From NCBI GenBank assembly GCA_018829775.1, contig JAHJTL010000008.1, forward strand, positions 13,967 through 77,966: DNA of 64,000 nt, in the 5' to 3' direction. The notes under the pieces are model-generated. The model did not search any database, was not told the DNA's origin, and saw nothing but the letters and a program-made list of their open reading frames with translations. Every line of letters begins with the position of its first letter. Within the stretch, counting starts at the first letter, position 1. The stretch comes from Chloroflexota bacterium. GTDB lineage: Bacteria > Chloroflexota > Dehalococcoidia > Dehalococcoidales > RBG-16-60-22. The translations under genes were made by a program, and so were the position numbers. Shown here in pieces: positions 55,434 to 64,000 of this stretch.

Positions 55434-56555
55434 TTACAGGCTCGGATAGGTCATTCCGTAAGCGTCTCGCCAGTTCTGGAGGGATTTCATCAGTTTGTCG
55501 TAGAACGGGTCTTCAGCCATTCGCTTCGCGTAGAAGTCATTGGAAGCATTAACTATTGCGGCTTCCAGTGACTTGGGTGCCGGTACAACCTGTACACCTG
55601 CAGCAATCCAGTCGGCGGTGGCGGTAGTGTTCTTGTAGGTCCACTCGGCGTAGTGCCGCGTGCCCTCGGCCCACACCAGTTCGGTGAATATCCACTTCAG
55701 GTCGTTGGGCAGGTCAGCCCATGACTGCTCGTTGACGATGTAGACATACATGTCGGTGGGCTGGCGGAGTGGGGATACGTAGGCGTAATCAACGATTTCG
55801 TGGAAGCCCATGGGCCAGTCAACAGCGAGGCTCGAGTGCTGGAAGCCGTCAATGACACCGCGCTGCATGGACTCGTAAATTTCGGGGCTGGGAGTGGAAA
55901 CGGCGGCAACGTCCAGCTGGCCGAAAATCACCGCCTCGTCACCGAGGAGCCTCATCTTCTTGCCGGCCAGGTCCTCCGGACCATTGACCGGGAAGCTGGT
56001 GTAAAGGAAGGTCTCCGGCTCGCGGCAGATGGTGGCTATTGGTTTGACATTCTCAAATCCGCCGGCATCGAACATCTCCTTCATCAGGACGAGGCCCTCA
56101 CCCCACAGGTACCACATCTGGTACTGCATTGCGGTGGGACCACCGACCATCATGGAGAATGGGGGTGATTGTGGGAGGTCACCAACCCACAGGATGGGGC
56201 CATTGGAAGCGCCATCAAGAATCCCCCTCTGAACGGCTTCAATCTCGGTGTCGGCGGGGACGATGGCACCGCCCTCGTTGGCCTGAATAACGAAGCGCCC
56301 GCCACTGGCTGCCTTAATCGCCTTGCTGACCCTGTCCAGGGACATGTAGGTGGAGGTGGTGGTCGGGTTATCATCCTGAATAATCCACTTGACAATTTCC
56401 ACGGGCTGTGCCGGTGCTGGAGCGGGTGCCGGTGCTGGAGCGGGTGCTGGTGCCGGCGCTGGCTGAGCGCAGGCGGCAGCCAGACTGCTTAGCAGTATCA
56501 CCGCTAATACCAACGTGAATACTAATCTTTTGCTCAATTTATCCTCCTTAGTCAA
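55434..56555 (-). CDS. dctP: TRAP transporter substrate-binding protein, probable lipoprotein with (PA)n linker
   Basis: Signal ...SSLAAAC, then AQPAPAPAPAPAPAPAPAPAQP, then a DctP-type fold (EIYESMQRGVIDG). Confidence 0.82.
   Translation of the reverse strand: MTKEDKLSKRLVFTLVLAVILLSSLAAACAQPAPAPAPAPAPAPAPAPAQPVEIVKWIIQDDNPTTTSTYMSLDRVSKAIKAASGGRFVIQANEGGAIVPADTEIEAVQRGILDGASNGPILWVGDLPQSPPFSMMVGGPTAMQYQMWYLWGEGLVLMKEMFDAGGFENVKPIATICREPETFLYTSFPVNGPEDLAGKKMRLLGDEAVIFGQLDVAAVSTPSPEIYESMQRGVIDGFQHSSLAVDWPMGFHEIVDYAYVSPLRQPTDMYVYIVNEQSWADLPNDLKWIFTELVWAEGTRHYAEWTYKNTTATADWIAAGVQVVPAPKSLEAAIVNASNDFYAKRMAEDPFYDKLMKSLQNWRDAYGMTYPSL
56408..56460. repeat. 18-bp perfect tandem duplication (GTGCCGGTGCTGGAGCGG x2) plus a degenerate third unit
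   Basis: Units at 56408-56425 and 56426-56443 are identical. They encode the Pro-Ala linker of the TRAP binding protein. Confidence 0.8.
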
Positions 56556-56755
56556 ATATTGACAGTCAAACTGTAGAACAATGGTGCTTTGTGAAAACTG
56601 TCACCCCCTTTCATACCAATTGGTCAATATACCCTGTAATATCGGAACATATAGTATGGCTATTGCTTTGAGGATATAGATGCACATCTGATATGCCATA
56701 ATATCGAAGTCTGCTCAATTTGTCAAGATTTTCAGAAATCGGAGTTAACTCATGG

Positions 56756-57178
56756 TCAGGTGGTCCGCAGTGCCGTCAGGCCGCTCTCGGGGTCTACGTC
56801 GCGCTCGAGCTGATAACTGAGCTCGCCTATGTAAATCTCGACCGTTGCCCAGACGATACCTTCCTCAAGATGACCGCCGATTAGCTGGCCCGGCTTCAAT
56901 GGGTCGATGGCGCACATGTGGATGTGGAATATTTTTTCACCTTCATATACGGAAAGCGACCCCTGACCGGAGAGGATAGAAAGATGGCCCTCAAATTCGT
57001 CAAAGTCCCATCCCCACTTACCGTCCTTGGGCGCGGTTCCGAACTTGACCTTTTCCAGGGAGCCAATGATGCCGAGGATTATGCCCGAGGTTATGCCTTT
57101 CTTTTCGCAATATCTGGCAAGTTCGCTTAATATTTCCTGGCCGCGATTCAGCCGGAGAAGATTGACCGATTTAAACAC
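56756..57178 (-). CDS. PPC/DUF296 domain protein
   Basis: GHLSILSGQGSLS...HIHMCA...GGHLEEG is the typical DUF296 pattern. Confidence 0.7.
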   Translation of the reverse strand: MFKSVNLLRLNRGQEILSELARYCEKKGITSGIILGIIGSLEKVKFGTAPKDGKWGWDFDEFEGHLSILSGQGSLSVYEGEKIFHIHMCAIDPLKPGQLIGGHLEEGIVWATVEIYIGELSYQLERDVDPESGLTALRTT

Positions 57179-57481
57179 GTAGATACCTCCTTATCAATAT
57201 ATTGTCTTGGCATTATATGGTGAATTGTGAGGACGGATTCACCCCAGTGACCATTGATAATTATGTTGTAAAACTATCAGCAGCCAGCGTTTCAGCTGAT
57301 ATTAAGTTAATATTACAATATTTCCGTAGCGAATGACAAAAACAGGGGAATTCATAATCGGTGTATATTTGACAAAAATCCGGTGAGAGATAAAAATGTG
57401 GTTAATGCGCCTTACTTTCGGAAAAATCCGCAATGGGTGGATATTCACCATACCATAATAAAAGTTAAGGAGGAAACAGGC

Positions 57482-58531
57482 ATGGGTCGTAAAGCCAGAG
57501 TCGGCTTCACGCGGGATTACTATGACAAGGACGGCAATTTCATTCTGGACTGCCCGGGATTCAAGTCGCTGGAGAAGATGCCGGATATTGAACGCGAGGT
57601 CTTCGCCGAAATGCTGCCCGAGGTGGCTCCGCATCAGATAGAAGATTACGATATCGTGGTTACCCGCACCTTCTCCAGATGGGTGGAGGGCAGTTTTGTC
57701 GGCAATGACCGACTTCTTTCCCTGCACCGCAACGGCGTTGGCTATGACCGGATTGACGTTCCGTCGCTTACCAAGGCCGGAGTAATTTTGTGTATCACGC
57801 CGGCGGCAGTACGCCGCCCGGTCGCGGTGGCCATCATTACGTTCATCCTTGCCCTCAGTACCCGTCTTTTCATCAAGCACCAGCTCACCAGCGAGGGACG
57901 ATGGAGCGATGTGCCCAAGCACAACGGCTATGGCCTGATCGGCAAGACATTGGGGTCGTTCGGGGTGGGTAACATAGGCCACGAGATGTTTAAACTGGCC
58001 AAGCCCTTCGGCATGAGGCATATCGCCTATGACCCCTATCTAAAACCGGAGGACGTCAGGGATGTTGATGTTCAACTGGTGGATATGGATACCGTGCTCT
58101 CCGAATCTGACTACCTCAACATCAGTTGTCCGCTGAATGAAAAGACCCGTCACATCATCGGGGAGAAGGAGCTGAAAAAAATGAAGCCGACCGCCTTCCT
58201 GATAAATACCGCTCGCGGGCCTATTATTGATGAGGTTGTGCTCCACAAGGCCCTGCAGGAAAGATGGATACGGGGAGCAGCGCTGGATGTCTTTGACCAG
58301 GAGCCAACGCCGCCGGACAACCCGCTGTTAAAACTGGACAACGTCATCGTTACCGCCCATGCTATGGCTTTCACCGATGAATTTCTCAACGCGGTATGGG
58401 AAATCATCGCCAAGCAGATAACGCAGCTTATGAACGGGGAAATGCCCGACGGCGTGGTGAATCGGGAGGTCTGGGACCAGCCGAAATTTCAGTCCAAACT
58501 TAAGCGGTTCCTGGAACAAGTAAAAAGCTGA
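57482..58531 (+). CDS. D-isomer-specific 2-hydroxyacid dehydrogenase family protein
   Basis: GKTLGSFGVGNIGHEM, INTARGPIID, AALDVF. ATG 57482 follows AAGGAGGA. Confidence 0.87.
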   Translation: MGRKARVGFTRDYYDKDGNFILDCPGFKSLEKMPDIEREVFAEMLPEVAPHQIEDYDIVVTRTFSRWVEGSFVGNDRLLSLHRNGVGYDRIDVPSLTKAGVILCITPAAVRRPVAVAIITFILALSTRLFIKHQLTSEGRWSDVPKHNGYGLIGKTLGSFGVGNIGHEMFKLAKPFGMRHIAYDPYLKPEDVRDVDVQLVDMDTVLSESDYLNISCPLNEKTRHIIGEKELKKMKPTAFLINTARGPIIDEVVLHKALQERWIRGAALDVFDQEPTPPDNPLLKLDNVIVTAHAMAFTDEFLNAVWEIIAKQITQLMNGEMPDGVVNREVWDQPKFQSKLKRFLEQVKS

Positions 58532-58551
58532 AAAAAGGAAGGAGAATAATA

Positions 58552-59310
58552 TTGAAGAAAAACCGTGTGAAGGAACTCTGGCGTGAAGGGAAGGCAGCCG
58601 TCGGTGTCTGGATGGTGCTGGGGAGTCCCATCACCGCCGAAATCATCGCCAACATGGGATATGACTGGGTAGTCGTTGACACCGAGCACGGTTCCATTGA
58701 TATCGGCACAACGCAGTCCATCATACAGGCTGTCTCATATACAAGCACCGTGCCGATGGTCAGGGTACCCTGGAACCACCCGATGCCTATCAAGCGTGCT
58801 CTGGACGCCGGCGCATACGGACTGGTCATCCCCATGGTGAACAGCCGTGAAGAGGCGGTGCAGGCAGTACAGGCTGCACGCTATCCGCCACTTGGCGCAC
58901 GGAGCTACGGTGGCCCGCGGGCGCGTCTCTACGGTGGGGTCGATTACTTTGAGCACGCCAACGAAGAGATTGCCGTCATCGTACAGATAGAGCATATTGA
59001 TGCAGTAAACCGTGTTGATGAAATACTCTCAGTGGAGGGCGTTGATGCCTTCTTCATCGGGCCGTCTGACCTCGCCATCTCCATGGGGCTGAAGCCGGGG
59101 CTTGACCAGACTGACCCACGGCACGGGGACGCCATAAGCAAGGTGCTGGCGGCGGGGAAAAAGCATGGTGTTGCCGGAGGCATTCACGTTGGCAGTGCCG
59201 AAGCGGCCAATGAACGTATTGCCCAGGGTTTTCAGTTTGTCGGCTTGAGCAGTGACGAGGGTTTTATAAGAAGCGCCGCGGCATCCGCGCTGAACAAGGT
59301 CGCTAAATAG
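58552..59310 (+). CDS. HpcH/HpaI family 2-keto-3-deoxy-acid aldolase
   Basis: 252 aa. VVVDTEHG, RVPWN and IVQIE motifs. TTG start. Confidence 0.82.
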   Translation: MKKNRVKELWREGKAAVGVWMVLGSPITAEIIANMGYDWVVVDTEHGSIDIGTTQSIIQAVSYTSTVPMVRVPWNHPMPIKRALDAGAYGLVIPMVNSREEAVQAVQAARYPPLGARSYGGPRARLYGGVDYFEHANEEIAVIVQIEHIDAVNRVDEILSVEGVDAFFIGPSDLAISMGLKPGLDQTDPRHGDAISKVLAAGKKHGVAGGIHVGSAEAANERIAQGFQFVGLSSDEGFIRSAAASALNKVAK

Positions 59311-59347
59311 AAAAATCGCTTGTATCAGCTCTTTACCAGGGGGATGG

Positions 59348-62197
59348 TTACCCCCTCTTTCGCAACTCCCGGAGTAGCGAAATAATTAAGGTACCGCCGA
59401 ATATCACCACGACGATGCCAAATAAAATTGGTATCTTGTAGTCTGTTTCTTCTGTTGGTGTCAGTGGGATCGGGGCCGGACTTGCTGGCTGTTGCTGGGG
59501 TTGTGTGCTGGAGGCGGGTACCTGCTCCGATGGTGGCGTGACGTTTTCCGTAGAGAAGTTCACCGTTTTTTCATTGTTTGCTTCGTTGCTTTCCAGGACC
59601 TGATTAACCTCATCGATAATCACCTTGATAGTGTGCGGCCCAACCTGAGAAATCCAGGTGCTGAAGGTCTCTTCTGTATTCTCATCGGGCTCTATTGAAT
59701 TGACCTGTCCTGAGGCCAGGTACTCGCCATCGACATAGTAATTCACGGATGCATATCCGGCCCTGGCATCACCCTGATTCCTGATGGTCACTGCAAAGGT
59801 CACGTTGTCACTGGTAGAAGGTTCTCCAGAGGGCCAGGTAATGGACTCAATTATCAGGTCAGGGGCGAGAATGGAGAAGATGACCGTTTCTGTATTGTTG
59901 TCTTCCGCTCCCTCGGTAATGGTATTGGCACCGTCAGCGAATACGGCAAGGACATGCGGGCCAGCGGCGACATCCCATTCAAATGTCTTAATCACGCGTG
60001 TGCCAGCGTCGAGCTGCGGAATCTCCTGCTGATTTACGACTTTATCATCGACGTAGAAGTATACCTGGAAACCTTCTGCCCTGCGGCTGCCCTTATTCTT
60101 GACGTATGCGGTCAGGGTAACTTTATCGCCCATTGATGGCTCAATCGGGCTCCATGTCACCGCTTCAAAGGCAAGGTCAGGCATGGGGTAGCCAATCAGC
60201 GTCTCGTTGTTTGCCTCGTTGCTCTCGGCCACCTGGTTCGAATCATCGACAACGGTGCGGATGATATGCGGTCCCGCGGCCACTTTCCAGCTGAAGGTTC
60301 TGGTGACTGTTGCGCCTGGATCCAGCTCTGGAATGTCCTGAAAGCCCCCAGGGTTGTTATCAATGTAGAGATGGACCAGTGAAGTGCCGGCCCTGCTGCC
60401 TCCGTTATTTTTAATGGTTAGAGTAAAGGTAACCATTTCTCCTACCGGAGGGTCATTGTGTGACCAGTCAATACTTTCGATTATGAGGTCGGGGCCAAGG
60501 GGGGTCAGGGTGGTCACCTTTTCATTATTGGTCTCATCGCTTTCGGCAACTCTCTTGGTGAAATCAACAAAAGCTTTGATAGTATGTTCGCCGGCGGTGG
60601 CTGTCCAGGTAAAGGTCTGATTATCGGTTGCGTTAATCGATATTGGATTTACTCGGTCAGAAGTCATCTGGATATTATCAATATGGTAGGAAATAAAGGA
60701 GTAATCGGCGTTGGCCTCTCCCTGATTTTTAACGGTAACGGTAAATGTCACTGTGTCACCTATAACCGGCGCTGACGGTGACCAGGTTATCTGCTCGACG
60801 ATGAGATCAGGTGGCATAGGTACGAAGATAATCATTTTTTCATTGTTCGACTCTTCGCTCTCGGACACTTTGTCCTGTGGGTCGACAATCGCCCGTATCT
60901 TATGCACTCCACCTTTGGCTATCCAGCTAAAGGACGCCGTTTTAGTGTCGTTGGCATTTATCGGCACCAGCCCCCGGTAGCCTACTTTTTCATTATCGAT
61001 AAAGAGGTCGACTCTGGATTCAATAGAGTCCCCGCTCCCCTGGTTCTTCACGGTCACGGTAAAGGTAACGCTATCACCTATGGCTGGATTAGTCGGTGAC
61101 CAGGTGATACTGTGGACAATGAGGTCAGAAAGAAGTGGTGAGATGATGACGGTTTTCTCATTGTTGGTCTCATCGCTCTCGACAATAACGCCTCCTGTGA
61201 CAATAACGGCTTTTATATCGTGCATGCCCCGTACAGCAATCCAGGAAAAGGTAACGTTTTCAGAAGCACCGGCTTCCAGTTTACCGGTTCGTTCTGTATC
61301 CCGGTAGGTATCATTAACGTAAAAATTGATGGTGGCGTTGCCTGATACGCCGCTGCCCTGATTTGTAACAGTTACGGTGAAGCTAACATTATCGCTTAGC
61401 GATGGTTCCGTGGGGGACCACGATATATCATCTATAATCAGGTCGGGAAGGAGAGCGGAGAAAAGCACCGTCATTTCATTATTGCCCTCATCAGATTCCG
61501 GCACGGCATCGTTTTTATCAACGATGGCCTTAATAGCGTGTTCACCTGCCTTGGCGAACCAGGAAAAGGTTTTGGTCAGTGTTTCCTCCGGATTTATTCT
61601 CTCGACATCCTTGTAGCCCCGTGAAATGCCGTCGATGTAAAAATCTACGCGGTTTGAGTTGGCGGCAACCGCGCCCTGGTTCCTGATGGTTACGGTGAAA
61701 ATAACAGTACTGCCAACAGTAGGTTCTGAAGGCGACCAGGTTATAGAATCGATTATGAGGTCCGCGCCCAGTGTGGACAGCGTGTAGGTTTTTTGATTGT
61801 TGCTCTCATTGCTTTCATTGACCTGCTCCCTGTAATCGGCCATTGCAGTGATGACATGTATGCCGGTTTCAGCAGTCCAGGTGAAAGTGTGTTCGGTACT
61901 GGCGCCAGGGTCGATTGGTTGCACGTAATCATTGGTGAGATAATTATCATCGATATAGTAAGCAACGTAGCACTGACCTGAAGTGACTGTGCCCTGGTTA
62001 CTGATGGTAACGGTGAAGGTTACACTATCCCCGATGGCAGGTGTTTCCGGAGAAGGGGTTATCGCCTCAACGGTCAGGTCAGGACCAGATTGCGCTTGCG
62101 CTACCCTATCCGCATAGTTAACCGGAAAGTACAGGGGGTGGCCAAAGACCACTATCGCAACCAGGAGTATGATGACAGTGAAAATTCTTTTCGGCAT
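59348..62197 (-). CDS. 949-aa surface protein: signal peptide, 8 tandem CARDB-like domains, Pro/Gln/Thr linker, C-terminal TM anchor
   Basis: Eight repeats of the pattern PDLIIESITWSP..P..GD.VTFTVT..NQG, with a period of ~106 aa. Tail is ILFGIVVVIFGGTLIISLLRELRKRG. Confidence 0.85.
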   Translation of the reverse strand: MPKRIFTVIILLVAIVVFGHPLYFPVNYADRVAQAQSGPDLTVEAITPSPETPAIGDSVTFTVTISNQGTVTSGQCYVAYYIDDNYLTNDYVQPIDPGASTEHTFTWTAETGIHVITAMADYREQVNESNESNNQKTYTLSTLGADLIIDSITWSPSEPTVGSTVIFTVTIRNQGAVAANSNRVDFYIDGISRGYKDVERINPEETLTKTFSWFAKAGEHAIKAIVDKNDAVPESDEGNNEMTVLFSALLPDLIIDDISWSPTEPSLSDNVSFTVTVTNQGSGVSGNATINFYVNDTYRDTERTGKLEAGASENVTFSWIAVRGMHDIKAVIVTGGVIVESDETNNEKTVIISPLLSDLIVHSITWSPTNPAIGDSVTFTVTVKNQGSGDSIESRVDLFIDNEKVGYRGLVPINANDTKTASFSWIAKGGVHKIRAIVDPQDKVSESEESNNEKMIIFVPMPPDLIVEQITWSPSAPVIGDTVTFTVTVKNQGEANADYSFISYHIDNIQMTSDRVNPISINATDNQTFTWTATAGEHTIKAFVDFTKRVAESDETNNEKVTTLTPLGPDLIIESIDWSHNDPPVGEMVTFTLTIKNNGGSRAGTSLVHLYIDNNPGGFQDIPELDPGATVTRTFSWKVAAGPHIIRTVVDDSNQVAESNEANNETLIGYPMPDLAFEAVTWSPIEPSMGDKVTLTAYVKNKGSRRAEGFQVYFYVDDKVVNQQEIPQLDAGTRVIKTFEWDVAAGPHVLAVFADGANTITEGAEDNNTETVIFSILAPDLIIESITWPSGEPSTSDNVTFAVTIRNQGDARAGYASVNYYVDGEYLASGQVNSIEPDENTEETFSTWISQVGPHTIKVIIDEVNQVLESNEANNEKTVNFSTENVTPPSEQVPASSTQPQQQPASPAPIPLTPTEETDYKIPILFGIVVVIFGGTLIISLLRELRKRG

Positions 62198-62483
62198 CGC
62201 TGATTTATACGGGTATTGCCAGAATGAGACTGGTTTGCACGGTTAATTACTACCCGACCTCCCACGCTGATTGATGTAAGCCATAATTATAATACTCTGT
62301 TTACATAATACATATTACAATCACAAAAAACAACGGAATAGCTATAGTAAATTAGTACTACCTTTGGAACAAGTACTTTAGGGTAGGCCATGCTTGCAAA
62401 GGTTGTTGATGAAGAAGAAAAGAAAAGCGGGGTATTGACAATTACATATAGAGGACTATATAGTGAGTATTAACTTCGTGCAT

Positions 62484-63059
62484 TCACTCTGATTCATTTA
62501 GTATTTTCTTTTTCTTCTCTTCAAATTCTTCCTGTGTTAATATGCCTTTATCTCTTAATGCCGCCAACTCTTTTATTATCTCAATATAACCTGTGTCTTT
62601 TCCTCTAACTTGGCTAGTTTCCGGTTCTGTTAAATGCTTTTGCCTAACAAAGTGCAACAAAGAATCTAAGGATTCTCTGTTCCCAGTGTATTTCACAAGG
62701 CGATTCAGACCAATAACATTAAGTTCTACCCATTCTGGTTTATGAAAAATACCGATTAAAATGAATATTAATGAAACACCAAACGCTCCGTATGCTATTT
62801 CTTTTGTGTTCATTTCATTACTAATCCAAAGACCAGCGATGAATATAATCACACCGAGAACGAGTAGCCAATAGTACCGCTTTGATGAATAAGAAATACT
62901 TGATATATGGCTATAATCATAGTCCCTTATCGTTCTGCCAGACCGTTCCAGTAGACGCTTATTTGTTGCATATACCTCATAATTGAGATTGTAGATTGCC
63001 TCTATGGTTTCTCCATCTGTTAGGATATTGTCAATCCATTTGTGTGATTTACCACTCAT
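62484..63059 (-). CDS. membrane protein with N-terminal PH-like domain, 2 TM helices and a C-terminal SHOCT domain; low-GC
   Basis: LAALRDKGILTQEEFEEKKKKIL is a SHOCT motif. ATG 63059. One 60-nt line counts 20/60 G+C versus 34/60 in the adjacent MFS gene. Confidence 0.65.
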   Translation of the reverse strand: MSGKSHKWIDNILTDGETIEAIYNLNYEVYATNKRLLERSGRTIRDYDYSHISSISYSSKRYYWLLVLGVIIFIAGLWISNEMNTKEIAYGAFGVSLIFILIGIFHKPEWVELNVIGLNRLVKYTGNRESLDSLLHFVRQKHLTEPETSQVRGKDTGYIEIIKELAALRDKGILTQEEFEEKKKKILNESE

Positions 63060-63185
63060 GATACATTGCCTCAACTTGTTTAGTGGGTTTATTATAGCAC
63101 AGTGGAAAGAACTGTGAAGTAGTAAGGGCTGTTTTTGCCTCCTCTTTAACCTACTCAACCGCACGCTCAAGTAACCTCAGGCCGG

Positions 63186-64000
63186 TTACCTCCGGCCCAG
63201 CCACAGGAGGGTGGAGCAGACGATAAGTGTGGCCACAATGGCAACGCTGCTGAATGCGAAGCTCGTGTGGAAACTGAAATGGTCTATCAGGTAACCCAGC
63301 ACCGGAGTCAGTATTCCGGCGCCTTCCATATTGGCGAAGAAGTAGAAACCGAGCACCGTGGAGCGACGCTTGATTGGGGTCTCGTCGACAATGTATGCCT
63401 GCGCCACGGTGGTGTTGAAATACAGGGCTATGCCGGTAAAAACCAGCACGGCACCGATACCGAATCCGTAAGGTACCACATTAAGCAGGTAAACCATAGC
63501 GCTGGCCATAACACCCATGGCTATGATTATCGTTATGCGGCCGAACCGGTCCGAGAGATAGCCGCCGAATGGTGCTGCCCAGAGACCCATGAAGTAAATG
63601 AGCGATATTGAAGCTGCCGCCGTCTCCTTGCTTGTATTGTAAGTATCTACCAGGAAGAGCGGGATGAAGGAAATGATTGAGATAACCATTGCCTGCGTAA
63701 ACGAGCTCATGGCGATTACGGTTATCACACGTCGTAAATTGCCGGGGGCGGGTGGGGTTTCGGTGGAGACGCTGGTGCCAGGAGTCGCTGCCTTCTGAAG
63801 CGGCAGGCGTTTTTTAAGTACGACATGGAGAAAAATGCCGAAGCCGATGCCGAAGATGGCCAGCACGATAAATGGACTGCGCCAGCCCCAGGCACCGGCA
63901 ACGCCGGCGGCGATAAGCGGTGCTAAAAAATAGCTCGTACTGCCACCGACCATGTGATAGCCGAGTGCCTGGCCGCGACTTTCTGGCGCCACCGCGGCTG
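63186..64000 (-). CDS. MFS transporter, C-terminal part (gene continues beyond the window end)
   Basis: Polytopic hydrophobic ORF. The reading frame stays open to the window edge. Confidence 0.75.
   Translation of the reverse strand, partial: AAVAPESRGQALGYHMVGGSTSYFLAPLIAAGVAGAWGWRSPFIVLAIFGIGFGIFLHVVLKKRLPLQKAATPGTSVSTETPPAPGNLRRVITVIAMSSFTQAMVISIISFIPLFLVDTYNTSKETAAASISLIYFMGLWAAPFGGYLSDRFGRITIIIAMGVMASAMVYLLNVVPYGFGIGAVLVFTGIALYFNTTVAQAYIVDETPIKRRSTVLGFYFFANMEGAGILTPVLGYLIDHFSFHTSFAFSSVAIVATLIVCSTLLWLGRR

Noticed and set aside
57302-58021. 239-aa minus-strand ORF
   Set aside because: Antisense to the 2-hydroxyacid dehydrogenase gene and its upstream region. No SD or motif.
59348-62197. 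Periodic ~318-nt repeats that might suggest a CRISPR-like or satellite array
   Set aside because: The periodicity lies entirely within one long ORF and corresponds to protein-domain (CARDB) repeats. The DNA copies are diverged and there are no short exact repeats alternating with spacers.

Overview
Densely coding, GC-rich bacterial chromosomal segment. I saw no rRNA, tRNA, CRISPR array, transposase or integrase. The gene content suggests an anaerobe: Bcd/EtfBA, MetV-MetF, rubrerythrin, a B12-radical-SAM enzyme, and CARDB-repeat surface proteins anchored by a C-terminal TM helix. A Chloroflexota/Dehalococcoidia-like lineage is possible, but taxonomy cannot be settled from this window. Layout: 0-6.7 kb holds the ispH tail, an AsnC-like protein, acyl-CoA dehydrogenase plus etfBA, a methyltransferase, and yceD-rpmF-fabD-fabG. 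6.7-8.2 kb is an AT-richer patch with a secreted protein behind a consensus promoter, operator and long terminated leader, plus a small excisionase-type HTH gene preceded by phased repeats. 8.2-11.1 kb is an hpt-ade-PRTase operon. 11-25.9 kb is a mix of housekeeping genes (glyQS, sbcD, acpS, surE), redox-stress genes, small membrane/HTH pairs and hypotheticals. 26.1-30.1 kb is a five-gene operon joining a NuoG(N-terminal)/NuoE/NuoF-like module to MetV-MetF. 30.2-36.5 kb holds queA, a surface protein, and GT2 plus radical SAM. 36.5-59.3 kb is a ~23 kb oxidoreductase-dense catabolic island with a TRAP transporter, split transketolase, orphan E1 alpha/beta, three tandem SDR paralogs and two unknown small paralogs. 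59.3-62.2 kb is an 8xCARDB surface protein, followed by a low-GC PH/SHOCT membrane protein and a partial MFS gene. The strongest candidates for something undescribed are the Nuo-like/MetVF operon, the unknown tandem paralogs and their island, and the unclassified leader RNA at 7.4-7.6 kb. All functional calls come from reading motifs by eye. No database search was run.
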